A DNA stretch of 64,000 nt from contig JBAWWA010000005.1 of NCBI GenBank assembly GCA_037146995.1, positions 2,978 to 66,977 of the forward strand, given 5' to 3'. Made by a program: the position numbers and the translations under genes. Source of the DNA: a bacterium. GTDB lineage: Bacteria > Patescibacteriota > Patescibacteriia > Patescibacteriales > GWE2-39-37. Each line of letters begins with the position of its first letter. Within the stretch, counting starts at the first letter, position 1. The notes beneath the pieces were generated by a model. It was not told the DNA's origin. It saw only the letters and a list, made by a program, of their open reading frames with translations, and did not search any database. Of the stretch, positions 35,047-44,890 are shown piece after piece.

Positions 35047-37293
35047 TTAAATTATCCTAACAATATTCAATGTTGCCTGTGCGTTACCATTTGCCCATGC
35101 ATCGGCATACGCTCCAGCCGTATTGGATATAAAAATCTGATCACCTGCTGATAACTGAATAACAAATGAATAGGTCAAATCAGTAATGATCGTGCCACCA
35201 ATTTCATTCGTCCCCTGACTCTGATACAAAACATTATTCTTATATAAACCAATTCTTGCACCCATATCACCACTGCTATAATTTATGAATAAATAAGTAA
35301 TACCGGTAACCAAATACACTCCGCTATTCTTGGCTGTGAATTTTCCAGTAGTCGGATCATACTCATTCATGTTGTCTGCAATTTTATTCTCAAACTTGAT
35401 CGGACTGCCAAATCCGAAACTAACCTGTGAATTGCGGTAATAGGCGCAAAAACTGCCCGAGGGTAAAACTGCTGACGGAATCTCCCCTTTATCATTCAAC
35501 TTGGCAATCTTGTTATAATCAGAATAACCTGCCACCTCAATTGCGTTGCTCGCACAATCAAGATATGAAGTTGCTCCATTACCGGTGATGTCCGTACCGG
35601 CACTAGGTGCTAATAACTTCAATATCGATCCGTTAGCCGCTTTTGTGGATGTAATCTCGAATCTGTTGGCCGTAGCATTAAACACACAAGTCTCGGTTGA
35701 TCCAGTTACCAACCTCAACCTTGATTGCAAAATAAATGCCACATCTGCAAGTGTTGCAATGCTTAGCCAAGGATATCCTGACATTGAAAATTGTACATTC
35801 GCATTCTGCCACGCTCCATTGTATGCCTGACCGTTAGTATAACTGTAATAACCTGAACGATACTCAAATCTCGCACCTACATTTGCCGAGAACGTAAAGC
35901 AATAAGTTTGTCCCCTCACAACCTGAACGGGAGTGGCAAATGTCCATGTGCAAGGCAAAGTCCCTGATCCAGGTGAACCTTGATAGGCTGTGGCAATAAT
36001 TGTGCCATTCATGTCCTTGCCGTTTCTAACATACATATAACCATCACCATTGCCCCAATAATCTGCTGTAACAGTAATTGAAGTGATGCAGCCGGTATCA
36101 TTGGCCAAGAACGATTGACCAGCATAACCGCCACCATTAAACGAACCGCCACCGTTGCCGATCATGCCAGCAATTGTCGTCTGAACATTGTTCAACAAAT
36201 CAATAGCCACATTATCGTAAACATTGCCATCGACTGAAATCTTGATCTTGCCATTATTAGCACCATTGGCTAAAGCCTGCCAAACTGCAATAGCACTTAG
36301 AGTTTTACCACCAAGCAACTTGCCCAAAATATTGATCGTATGACCAACTCCAGCAACTTCTGTCGCATGACTAGCACAATCCAAATACAAAGTCCCGCCA
36401 TTGCCACTAATATCAACTCCACTGCTCGGGGCCATTAATTTTAAGACCTGACTTGCTTGCCCAGTGATGCCAGAAGTGATGACATATCTACCATTTGCAA
36501 ATTTAACTGTTTCCAGTCCGCAAGTGATTGCCCTGATACCAGCCTGAACGGCAGAAGATATAGTTGTCGTGGTGTGATTGCCAAAAGTCTTGCCCATGAC
36601 CTCAAACGTAATATCTTCACCTGAATAAGAAGTGCCATTATACCAACACTGCCCGCCAGCGTATGGATTGGTTTGTGCTCTAGCGATGGTCGCATTGTTC
36701 GTGCAAGTTCCTAGTTTTAAAACGTAGGTCTGTCCAGCGGTCACATTTAATGGCGTAGTGAGCGTAAAGGTGAACCAACCAGCCGCATTGACTGGCGAGG
36801 TAATAGTTACCGACTGCGTGTAAACAACTGAACCACCACCCGGCACCGAACCTGATCTAATTTCAAAAGTTGTAACCGGTGCCGTGCCACCGACATTAGC
36901 AAAATAAACCTTGAATGCTGTTAATTGCAACATGCCTGCCGGTATGGTTATCATTTGCTCGACTGCCCCACTATTTAAAATAAACGACACACCGCCATTC
37001 ACGAGTTGTGAAATTAAATTGCTTTCTGCCGAATACTGAAAAAGATTGACTGCCACATTGTCATAGATTGCATTATCAACACTGATCTTAAATTTTCCAC
37101 TATTTGCACCCTGACCTAAAGCATCAAAAACCGTTGTTGCACTAGGACTGGTGCCACCATTCAGATAGCCGGCACTTGTATTAATAATGCCGTCAATTAT
37201 TTCTCGCCTAACAGACAACTCATTGTTCAAATCAGATGCGTATAATTTCTCACCAGCTACCCATTTTTTAGTTATAAAACCTAATAAGCCCAT
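35047..37293 (-). CDS. Tail fibre with internal tandem duplication and a C1q/TNF-like C-terminal head
   Basis: Two units of about 265 aa (aa 52-315 and 332-590) share FDALGQGANSGKFKISVDNAIYDNVA / WQALANGANNGKIKISVDGNVYDNVA and KLMAPSSGVDISGNGGTLYLDCASHATEVAG / KLLAPSAGTDITGNGATSYLDCASNAIEVAG. The last 135 aa or so resemble a gC1q jelly-roll. Confidence 0.75.
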   Translation of the reverse strand: MGLLGFITKKWVAGEKLYASDLNNELSVRREIIDGIINTSAGYLNGGTSPSATTVFDALGQGANSGKFKISVDNAIYDNVAVNLFQYSAESNLISQLVNGGVSFILNSGAVEQMITIPAGMLQLTAFKVYFANVGGTAPVTTFEIRSGSVPGGGSVVYTQSVTITSPVNAAGWFTFTLTTPLNVTAGQTYVLKLGTCTNNATIARAQTNPYAGGQCWYNGTSYSGEDITFEVMGKTFGNHTTTTISSAVQAGIRAITCGLETVKFANGRYVITSGITGQASQVLKLMAPSSGVDISGNGGTLYLDCASHATEVAGVGHTINILGKLLGGKTLSAIAVWQALANGANNGKIKISVDGNVYDNVAIDLLNNVQTTIAGMIGNGGGSFNGGGYAGQSFLANDTGCITSITVTADYWGNGDGYMYVRNGKDMNGTIIATAYQGSPGSGTLPCTWTFATPVQVVRGQTYCFTFSANVGARFEYRSGYYSYTNGQAYNGAWQNANVQFSMSGYPWLSIATLADVAFILQSRLRLVTGSTETCVFNATANRFEITSTKAANGSILKLLAPSAGTDITGNGATSYLDCASNAIEVAGYSDYNKIAKLNDKGEIPSAVLPSGSFCAYYRNSQVSFGFGSPIKFENKIADNMNEYDPTTGKFTAKNSGVYLVTGITYLFINYSSGDMGARIGLYKNNVLYQSQGTNEIGGTIITDLTYSFVIQLSAGDQIFISNTAGAYADAWANGNAQATLNIVRII

Positions 37294-37296
37294 ATA

Positions 37297-37506
37297 TTAT
37301 TCTTTGAAATCATCGGTCTTGGCTCTGCCAACCAATTCATTCGTTTTAGCATTCTTAAGAAAATGGCAAGGTTTAACCTGCTTGTCGAACTTCTCTATGT
37401 GACCATCCAAATCGGCACTGACAACCTGATGTTCAAAACCCAATTCCGAAACCACCTTATACGCCTCAAGTTCATCACTGACTTCGATTTTTATCTTTAA
37501 AATCAT
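37297..37506 (-). CDS. Phage hypothetical protein (69 aa)
   Basis: Compact ORF between tail genes. Confidence 0.55.
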   Translation of the reverse strand: MILKIKIEVSDELEAYKVVSELGFEHQVVSADLDGHIEKFDKQVKPCHFLKNAKTNELVGRAKTDDFKE

Positions 37507-37507
37507 A

Positions 37508-38065
37508 TTAAGCGTTTAATAAAGTGTATTTGCATGAAACAACCAAAACCACTGTGTTTGTCTTAACCCAATTCAGCCCAGCAATATGTGACCATAATTG
37601 ACCAGTATTTGCCCCAGCTAAACCATCGATGCAATTGCCAAATTCGGTATAAGTACCAACACACTCGGTCTCGGTAAAATAGCCGGTCAGATAAGACACC
37701 TTGCCTGATGCTGTTGCACTTGCTGTATTGTTGCGATAAGTTTCGGTAAACAACTGCGTATCGGTTTCAGCTGGTGTACCACTGCCAGTGCCTAAAATCA
37801 TTTTATTGATAATGCCGGTATAGGTTGTATCTCCCGCCAAACGACGTGCTACTGCATTAAAACCATTAGCACAAATAACATTTTTAATCTCTTCAGCTCT
37901 TACTAATTGCCCCAGCTGATATAATTTCATGATTGACGGCTGGTATTTGCGACATTTCAATAAAACCTTATTCAAAGCCACCTGCCATTCTGCTAAATTG
38001 CTCTGATCGTAAAACTCGGCTTTGATTTCTCCTGTCGCTCCAATATTTTGATCTAACTTGTTCAT
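37508..38065 (-). CDS. Phage tail/baseplate-associated protein (paralogue of 49791..50204)
   Basis: LGTGSGTPAETDTQLFTE...YTEFGN here resembles WGTGAGTIAKNNTTLFNES...ITEAGLF in the other gene. Confidence 0.55.
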   Translation of the reverse strand: MNKLDQNIGATGEIKAEFYDQSNLAEWQVALNKVLLKCRKYQPSIMKLYQLGQLVRAEEIKNVICANGFNAVARRLAGDTTYTGIINKMILGTGSGTPAETDTQLFTETYRNNTASATASGKVSYLTGYFTETECVGTYTEFGNCIDGLAGANTGQLWSHIAGLNWVKTNTVVLVVSCKYTLLNA

Positions 38066-38071
38066 ATATTT

Positions 38072-39574
38072 CTAGTTTAAAGTTGTTCTGTCCAAACATA
38101 GTTCACGCTTAGGATCGGTCTGACTGGTCGGCACATACGGTGCTAACACGAAATCTGGTCTAACCCCTGCTCCAAACGGATCCTTTATAATATCCTCAGA
38201 AATGCCAGCTGACTGCACATCAGCCATTTTAATTTTTAACGAAATATCCTCACTAACACCCACTTCTTCATTCAAAACATAATACTTCTTCAATACTGCA
38301 TTCTCATTTAAAACCAACCTCTTGTTTTGATCAGTCAAAAGTTTCTGCAAGAAACTGATAATGCCCAAAGTTCTCATGGTGGCAAGTTCTGCCGTCCATT
38401 CCCCCTGACTGGCGGTCAACATCTTAAGCGACACCCGCATGATCAAAAAGTTTTCTGATATATTTCTGTTAGCCAAATCAATCTGAATAGTCTGCCCTGA
38501 TGACAAACCACTCCTGTATGTCCTGAAACTGCCCTCCCTGATCGTATTAGCGTATGCTCCCAGCTGTGCCTCGCCATACATCTTCGCCTCTTCTGCACTT
38601 TTGATATTGGTGTCCACCTTGCTGAACTCAAACCGCCCATATTGAGCAATGCTGATCTCATCCTCAACTTGCACCATAATCGGAATCAAATACTTTCCAC
38701 TAAACTCAATAACTGCATTGTTTGCTGGTGCATTTACAAAACGAATATATTTCTCATTGAAACTCCATAAACAATCGAAGTCTGCATCGTTATCCAAAAA
38801 ATCCACGCCAACCCTAACTGCAACATTGCTCACCTTAACCGTAGGCTTGTTTGAAAATTTAAAATCAGTCGGAAAGCTCTTCTTTGAACCATTGCCCACA
38901 TAAGTCGTGGTTCTCGGGTTATCTGAAGTAATCTCACCACCCTCAATGACCACGACATTCCGTAACTGGCTCAAATCGCTATCAATCACCAAACTGTCGC
39001 GAATATAGACTGTACTATCGGCATCGGTTAAATCAAACGGTGCTGGTTTGTCATTCTTGGCAAACAAATGAATGTCTTTGTCATAATCAATATACCAACT
39101 GTAATTCAACAATTCGCATATTTCCGAGATGCACTTGCTCACGCTCAACTGATCAAAAACAATTGTGGTGATTGAAATATTGCAATTTAAATTGTGACCA
39201 GTAATGCCTGAACCTACTAAATAATTGGTAATAATAAAACTAACAACCTGATTGCCGGTCTTATTATCAAACCGCTCTGTCACTAAAATCCTGTCCAAGT
39301 CCAAGGTGTAGTCCTTAGCCTCAATTTCATAAAAATTAACATCGCCTGAACTAGAACTAGCCACCCTGATAATCCTCCCGCCAAATATCTTCAATACCCC
39401 ATCATAAACCTCGACCGTATCACTTATAGACGGCTTGAAACTCTGCCCTTCATAAACTCTGATCGTGAAATTGCACAAATTCGGTTGTTCATTAATATTG
39501 TCCTCAATGCCAAAACTCTCCCAATCGATCAGGTTCGTTTTATCTGAATTGTTGATTTTTACAATCACATTCAT
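38072..39574 (-). CDS. Phage tail / baseplate protein (500 aa)
   Basis: Lies immediately downstream of the tape measure gene. The call rests on position only. Confidence 0.5.
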   Translation of the reverse strand: MNVIVKINNSDKTNLIDWESFGIEDNINEQPNLCNFTIRVYEGQSFKPSISDTVEVYDGVLKIFGGRIIRVASSSSGDVNFYEIEAKDYTLDLDRILVTERFDNKTGNQVVSFIITNYLVGSGITGHNLNCNISITTIVFDQLSVSKCISEICELLNYSWYIDYDKDIHLFAKNDKPAPFDLTDADSTVYIRDSLVIDSDLSQLRNVVVIEGGEITSDNPRTTTYVGNGSKKSFPTDFKFSNKPTVKVSNVAVRVGVDFLDNDADFDCLWSFNEKYIRFVNAPANNAVIEFSGKYLIPIMVQVEDEISIAQYGRFEFSKVDTNIKSAEEAKMYGEAQLGAYANTIREGSFRTYRSGLSSGQTIQIDLANRNISENFLIMRVSLKMLTASQGEWTAELATMRTLGIISFLQKLLTDQNKRLVLNENAVLKKYYVLNEEVGVSEDISLKIKMADVQSAGISEDIIKDPFGAGVRPDFVLAPYVPTSQTDPKRELCLDRTTLN

Positions 39575-39575
39575 A

Positions 39576-41210
39576 CTAGCCGAGCAAATTGCTTGCTTTA
39601 AGTTTCTTAATCATCATGTCACCGATTTTCTCTGCACTCTGCCTATCCAAAAAAGTATTGCCTGACATATTGATCACAATGCTCCCACTACCGCCTAAAC
39701 GATTATTCGGCACGATATTGCCACCACCGCTCGGCACAAACAACTCGGGTCCCTGTTCACCCACCAAATAAGCCTGCCCGCCAAAAACACTGCCACCGCC
39801 CGCCCTTGCACCGCCGAACCCCAGCATTCCACTGACTGCATTCTTGGCATTGGACACGATGTTCAAACTGTTCAACTTATTAATCAGATTATCGATATAT
39901 CCAATAACTGATGAAATAACGCCTGTTACACTTTCCCAGCCTGCCTTGAAAAAATTGATCCATTGCACCACCTTCTCGATAACAACCGTTAAACCCTGAA
40001 TCAGAACAATCAAGTTGACCTCAATGATTTTGGTAACGGCAATTAATGCCCCAAGTAAGATAATGCCAATAACCTTGGCCAAGGTTTCCAAAAATGGCTG
40101 AAGTGGCAATAATGCTTGCCATAACTTCTGCAATTCCGGTGATAAATTCTGCCTAAATACCAAGGCGATATTATTCCAAGAGTTCTGAAAGATATCGAGC
40201 AAACCCTTATAGTCATTAATTATCTTCATGCCATCCTTGAACAAATCCGACAATTTTTTGTAAACATCAATCACCTCGATCACAATCGCCCGCATAACCT
40301 GAAATGACTGCAATATGACCTGCCCAATAAGCCTTGCTGTTTCCTTTAATTTCGGATTGACTTCATTGTCGCTGGTATACGCCCAATTTCTGAACGACTT
40401 GATTGCCTCGTAAACATAGGTAACCAATGGCTTCATAGCATCATCGAGTAAATCACCCAAGATGAGCTTTAAACTGACAATGCCGTCCTGAACTGACATC
40501 GATAACTTATACCAACTGCCCATTGCCTCGTGATATGACCCCTGCATGCGAGTAGCCTCCTGAACGACTGCGTTATACATTGCCTGCGTTTTTTGAGCAT
40601 AAGTCATCTGACTTGTTTTGATGCCCAAGGCTTTGGAAAAATCACCGTAAACTTTGATCAGATTAACTTCAATACCATACTCACTCAACAATTCCGGTCG
40701 CAATTTAATAATTGACTCCATCATCGCCTTAATAGCATCGTTTGAATTCTTGTTCGAAGCGGCTGCAACATCACGACCACGAGTCACCAGCTCCAAGGCT
40801 TGCTTTTCGTTCATGTGGGTCATGATTGCCGTTTTGGTCAAATCAATAGCCGTCAACATGTCCTTGTTTTCATCCCTGATACTTTTGACCAAGCCATCGA
40901 TCTGCTGGCGTGTCCAATCATTATTCTTGCCCAAATTATAGATAACAGCTTTTGACTGCTCTAACTGACCAGACAAGCCAATACTCTCCTTCACCAAGTC
41001 CGTAAACCCGCTGGCGACCTTAGTGACAATGCTGGCAAAAGCGTTATATGCCAAATTACCAACAGCCACTGCTTTTGTCATCACGCCAAAAGAGTCTGAC
41101 GATTGTTTAACATTGTCATTCATGTTATTCATCGCCAAACCAACCTTTTTAATCTCGCCTGATGCTTCATCAACTGCCTTTAATATAATTTGTAGCTCTC
41201 TATTTTCCAT
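39576..41210 (-). CDS. Tail tape measure protein
   Basis: Long helical protein with central hydrophobic segments and the C-terminal Gly-rich ...LVGEQGPELFVPSGGGNIVP motif typical of tape measure proteins. It follows the chaperone frameshift pair. Confidence 0.85.
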   Translation of the reverse strand: MENRELQIILKAVDEASGEIKKVGLAMNNMNDNVKQSSDSFGVMTKAVAVGNLAYNAFASIVTKVASGFTDLVKESIGLSGQLEQSKAVIYNLGKNNDWTRQQIDGLVKSIRDENKDMLTAIDLTKTAIMTHMNEKQALELVTRGRDVAAASNKNSNDAIKAMMESIIKLRPELLSEYGIEVNLIKVYGDFSKALGIKTSQMTYAQKTQAMYNAVVQEATRMQGSYHEAMGSWYKLSMSVQDGIVSLKLILGDLLDDAMKPLVTYVYEAIKSFRNWAYTSDNEVNPKLKETARLIGQVILQSFQVMRAIVIEVIDVYKKLSDLFKDGMKIINDYKGLLDIFQNSWNNIALVFRQNLSPELQKLWQALLPLQPFLETLAKVIGIILLGALIAVTKIIEVNLIVLIQGLTVVIEKVVQWINFFKAGWESVTGVISSVIGYIDNLINKLNSLNIVSNAKNAVSGMLGFGGARAGGGSVFGGQAYLVGEQGPELFVPSGGGNIVPNNRLGGSGSIVINMSGNTFLDRQSAEKIGDMMIKKLKASNLLG

Positions 41211-41681
41211 TTTGTGCTTCTCTTATTTCCATAATGAATGCGAACACACCCCTGATGAATTCGACTTTTTGCCCTAAAAACTCCTCTTCAGTCCAGCCCA
41301 TCTCTTTGCATAAAAACAACTTAATTGTCTGCTGATTCCACTCACTATATCGGACTGCCCGCTTTATCTCATAAACTAATTCGGAGTTACCGCTAAAAAA
41401 CTCTTTAAGAATGAAAGATTGTCCTGAATGAACTTCAAATCAGTAAAACCCAATAAATTGACCGAATTGAAATCTACTGGCAACCTTGACCCATCTTCAC
41501 CCTCTGCATCCCATTCGATAATCAAGCGAGTAATCATGGCAATCATCTTCTTGAACTCTGATTGCTCCCCTTCCAATGCCTCAAGATCGCCTGCCAACAA
41601 ACCGTCCTTGATCTTTACCGTAATGCCACTCTCGGGCAAAACTAAATCTTTTATAACTCTCGTGTCTCTTAATACCGGCAT
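41200..41681 (-). CDS. Tail assembly chaperone, -1 frameshift extension product (GT-like)
   Basis: The -1 frame is open from the slippery site through ...FFSGNSELVYEIKRAVRYSEWNQQTIKLFLCKEMGWTEEEFLGQKVEFIRGVFAFIMEIREAQNGK* and ends at 41200, overlapping the tape measure start. Confidence 0.6.
41376..41681 (-). CDS. Tail assembly chaperone (G-like)
   Basis: Lies between the major tail and tape measure genes. A slippery site sits 7 codons before its stop. Confidence 0.7.
   Translation of the reverse strand: MPVLRDTRVIKDLVLPESGITVKIKDGLLAGDLEALEGEQSEFKKMIAMITRLIIEWDAEGEDGSRLPVDFNSVNLLGFTDLKFIQDNLSFLKSFLAVTPN
41394..41400 (-). other. -1 programmed ribosomal frameshift heptamer T_TTT_TTA
   Basis: Read in the zero frame as AG-T TTT TTA, this is a canonical X_XXY_YYZ slippery site at the expected G/GT position. 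Confidence 0.6.
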
Positions 41682-41685
41682 ACGT

Positions 41686-42663
41686 TTAGTAATTAGTTTC
41701 TAAATTAGTTAATACCGCCTCAATGCTTTTCGAGTCGGTGGATGAATACAAGCCCTTGAATCCAACCGTCACTTTGACAATGTCATTATTGTCACCACCC
41801 TCGACTGGATCCTTAAACTTGATCTTTGCCAAATCAATCTTTAATCTCGGATTGCTTGAAGTGCCAATAGTCTTGGAGCTATTAACAATATCAATTCGCA
41901 AGGCTTTCTGCGTGCCATTTAAGGCATAATCCTTGAGCGTGGTATCCTTGAACAGAATCTCAAGCGTACCTTCGATTGATAACTCCTTATTCAAGAAGTC
42001 ATTCGGTTCATTTGTCCCCAATCGCTTGTCCTCCTCCAAGTTTTTCGCAATCGTCAAGGTAATCTTGCGGGCATCAATAGACGTAGCCGAATCAAGCCCT
42101 GATAAGCTATCAGCTAGCTTAATGCTGACATCTTTGCCCATGAAGTAATTCTCGGTCACATAACCTGCACTATTAGCCGATACTGCACTTGTCTTGCCCT
42201 TTAACTTAGCCTCAAACTTCACATAATCATGGGCTTGGCTCTCAATCTTCAAACTTTCAATCACACAATTGCCATAAGCCTTCTGCTCCACATCACCCCT
42301 TTTAACCTCAATCGTTAAGGTCGGGTGTTTAGCCGACTGCAAGACTGAAAAGGTGTGATCATAAACCGTCACATCACCCACCTTGGCAACACTCGACACC
42401 TGACCCAATGCCCCTAAAATAAACAAACCGAAACTCTTATCAAATGCCTCACCTTGAATCTGACCATCGGAATATTTATTCTTAATGATCATATCTTCCG
42501 AATCCTCAATGACTCCGCAAGCCCGCTCACTGACCACCGTCTCAATCTTGTCATTGTATTCAGCCGTCAATGGTTTTAACCAATACTTCGGCACGACTTT
42601 CGTACCTCGAACAGTTTCCCGCCCGATACCAATATTATATTTTCTCTTGATTGACTCGCTCAT
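41686..42663 (-). CDS. Major tail (tube) protein
   Basis: Lies directly upstream of the chaperone/tape measure genes. Size of 325 aa. The call is positional. Confidence 0.55.
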   Translation of the reverse strand: MSESIKRKYNIGIGRETVRGTKVVPKYWLKPLTAEYNDKIETVVSERACGVIEDSEDMIIKNKYSDGQIQGEAFDKSFGLFILGALGQVSSVAKVGDVTVYDHTFSVLQSAKHPTLTIEVKRGDVEQKAYGNCVIESLKIESQAHDYVKFEAKLKGKTSAVSANSAGYVTENYFMGKDVSIKLADSLSGLDSATSIDARKITLTIAKNLEEDKRLGTNEPNDFLNKELSIEGTLEILFKDTTLKDYALNGTQKALRIDIVNSSKTIGTSSNPRLKIDLAKIKFKDPVEGGDNNDIVKVTVGFKGLYSSTDSKSIEAVLTNLETNY

Positions 42664-42824
42664 ATATTTTCTTGATTAATTATTTGATTTAACTGCTCAT
42701 CGGCATCCTCTTTATTCAATGCCTTGATCGTGATGTTAAACTCCGGATAATTAAACTCGATTAATTCCTCACGTTTCTCCGGTCTGATTGATTTGTCTTC
42801 AATCTCGCTTTTTTTAATAGACAT
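42660..42824 (-). CDS. Small phage protein (54 aa)
   Basis: Manual translation gives MSIKKSEIEDKSIRPEKREELIEFNYPEFNITIKALNKEDADEQLNQIINQENI*. It has an ATGA overlap with the major tail gene. Confidence 0.4.
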   Translation of the reverse strand: MSIKKSEIEDKSIRPEKREELIEFNYPEFNITIKALNKEDADEQLNQIINQENI

Positions 42825-42828
42825 AGTT

Positions 42829-43239
42829 TTAATTTAATTGTTTAAGTTTTGTGCAAACGACTTCTAACTGTAAAACCCGCATGAGCAACTCCCGATCATC
42901 CCAAGCATATGAACTAATAACCGACACATCATCACAAATTCCTCCCAAGGTGTCATCTTCATCAAACATATCGTCAATCCGATCACCAATCGCAATAATC
43001 ACATCCTCACCTGACTCCTGACCCCTAGCCTCCTGATTAATCTCCTGAAATATCTGCACTTTGAATTTATAGGTTTTCTTAACCGTCTTAATACTCTCCC
43101 GCTGTTTAGTGTTATCACTGCCCAAAATGACTGCTGTCGGAAATTTCGTGAAATGCCCCTTGTTATACTTGAATACCGCCTCAATGCCCTCCATGTTATA
43201 TAACTTCGTGTATAAGGCGTTTAATATTTCTGATCTCAT
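42829..43239 (-). CDS. Tail completion / tail terminator-like protein
   Basis: Lies between the head-tail joining genes and the major tail gene. The call is positional. Confidence 0.45.
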   Translation of the reverse strand: MRSEILNALYTKLYNMEGIEAVFKYNKGHFTKFPTAVILGSDNTKQRESIKTVKKTYKFKVQIFQEINQEARGQESGEDVIIAIGDRIDDMFDEDDTLGGICDDVSVISSYAWDDRELLMRVLQLEVVCTKLKQLN

Positions 43240-43697
43240 ATGCGTTTGATTATATTTTCTAAAACTTGGCTGAATATTTGTCTGACTTCCCCCTCCGCAC
43301 TTGCTACCGTTCGTTCAACAAACGGATTCGGCTTTGTGCCTTTTTTGGCAATCGACCGCTGAACTGCGTATGGATTAATGCCTTTCTTAATCGCCCAAAT
43401 CCTCAAAGGATCTCGTGGATTTTTAACCGACACATAATGTGGTGGCGTACCTTCGTGAACATCAATGGCGTAATTCTTATCCGGTGCAATGGTCACATTA
43501 TTCGGTACCAACCTCATCATGATACTTTGCCGTAATTGCCCACTGACACCAATTGGCACTTCTTCCTTCTCAATGCGAGTGATTAATTTACCCGCTCGCT
43601 CCAAGCCGTCCTGTATTTCCTGATCGGCTATGCTCGGAAACTGTCGAAATACCTCCCTAATTTCGTTTAAATTTTCAAGATGTATTTCAAATGGCAT
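43236..43697 (-). CDS. HK97 gp10-like head-tail joining protein
   Basis: ...APDKNYAIDVHEGTPPHYV...NPFVERT resembles the HK97 gp10 family. The start MPFEIHLENL was chosen, 1 nt after the upstream stop. Confidence 0.6.
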   Translation of the reverse strand: MPFEIHLENLNEIREVFRQFPSIADQEIQDGLERAGKLITRIEKEEVPIGVSGQLRQSIMMRLVPNNVTIAPDKNYAIDVHEGTPPHYVSVKNPRDPLRIWAIKKGINPYAVQRSIAKKGTKPNPFVERTVASAEGEVRQIFSQVLENIIKRI

Positions 43698-43698
43698 A

Positions 43699-44004
43699 TT
43701 AATTACTTGGCTTATATATAATCGCTTCAGTCCATCTAAGAGCCTTATCTCCAACCCTTACAATATTTTTAATTATATATTCTACCCCTTCGCAGATTAA
43801 TTTATCAGTTTCGTTAATATCGATTTTCTGATCAGCATACAATTTGGCCATCTTGGCCGGATTACCTTCACTTATAAGCAAATCTTCAGCTTTTATCTGC
43901 CTGATAGATACCTTGCATTCTCCGTAATATTCGTACGCCTCCTTGGTCTTGCCTTGATCACTGACTAATCGGTAAATCATTGCTTTTTGTTTGAAGTCAT
44001 TCAT
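43699..44004 (-). CDS. Head closure / head-tail adaptor protein
   Basis: Size and position in an HK97-type morphogenesis module. Confidence 0.5.
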   Translation of the reverse strand: MNDFKQKAMIYRLVSDQGKTKEAYEYYGECKVSIRQIKAEDLLISEGNPAKMAKLYADQKIDINETDKLICEGVEYIIKNIVRVGDKALRWTEAIIYKPSN

Positions 44005-44603
44005 ATGCCGTATAAACGATATTTCAAAATCACCTTAAAAGCTGGATCAGACAAATCCTCTTCCCAAATAATTTGAGCATCGGCAAATTTTTCATTCTGA
44101 ATGCCATCACTTTTTCTTTTATTCCAGATCTTTCCCATTATCTTTAAAATCGCTAACTTCAAATCAAGGGGCAGATTTTCAGCCTCAAAACCAGCAGTAT
44201 AAGTAACACGATAATTGCGATAACCATCAACGCGAGCCTGAAGCATGACCATACCACCTTCAATAAAGGCGACATATTCCCATTCCTCCAACTCAACCCA
44301 ACCACCATTCCGATATTGATCAACCTTTATATTTTTAATATTGGTGGTATTCTCTAAAAACAAATCATCACTGTTGCCATCAAATATTTCTACAAATTCT
44401 TTAGCCTTAATCGAATTACTACAAAATGCTTCAGACCAAGCAATTACTCCTGGCAAGATTAATTCGATCGCTTCATCATCATCATCTGTGTCGATGCCTG
44501 CATAAGTTTTAAAATCGTCTACTGTGATAATCATAAAGTTAAAAATCTTATTCCAATCCCGAATTGCTTCGGGATTGAGTAAACCTTTTAAGCCTTGGAA
44601 CAA
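44001..44603 (-). CDS. gp6-like head-tail connector protein
   Basis: ITVDDFKTYAGIDTDDDDEAIELILPGVIAWSEAFC resembles the phage gp6-like connector N-terminus. The true start may be the internal ATG at 44534. Confidence 0.55.
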   Translation of the reverse strand: MFQGLKGLLNPEAIRDWNKIFNFMIITVDDFKTYAGIDTDDDDEAIELILPGVIAWSEAFCSNSIKAKEFVEIFDGNSDDLFLENTTNIKNIKVDQYRNGGWVELEEWEYVAFIEGGMVMLQARVDGYRNYRVTYTAGFEAENLPLDLKLAILKIMGKIWNKRKSDGIQNEKFADAQIIWEEDLSDPAFKVILKYRLYGI

Positions 44604-44815
44604 ATCTTCTCTTCAATCAACTTGTTGGCCATTACAGGCTCAAAGCCTGCAACTTCTCCCTTTAAATAAGGTGTGTGACTTTTATTAAACACTACCTTCA
44701 CCAACTTTGACTTGGCAGGCTTTTCTTTAACTTCTGCTCTTTCACTGCCTTTTTCGCCATTTGATTCACCTTCATTCGGATTTTTATCCGCTTGCTTTTC
44801 TTTGTCATTTGCCAT
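44588..44815 (-). CDS. Small charged phage protein downstream of the capsid gene
   Basis: 75-aa ORF with a K/E-rich N-terminus. Confidence 0.5.
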   Translation of the reverse strand: MANDKEKQADKNPNEGESNGEKGSERAEVKEKPAKSKLVKVVFNKSHTPYLKGEVAGFEPVMANKLIEEKICSKA

Positions 44816-44840
44816 AGATTTAATTCTTTATTATCTAAAT

Positions 44841-44883
44841 CGTTCCCGCCTCAACCACCCCATGCTACGGCGAGGCGGGAACG
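44841..44883 (-). terminator. Strong hairpin immediately after the major capsid gene (attenuator / mRNA stabiliser)
   Basis: Perfect 12-bp stem CGTTCCCGCCTC / GAGGCGGGAACG with a 19-nt loop, 8 nt downstream of the capsid stop. Confidence 0.5.
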
Positions 44884-44890
44884 ATATTAG

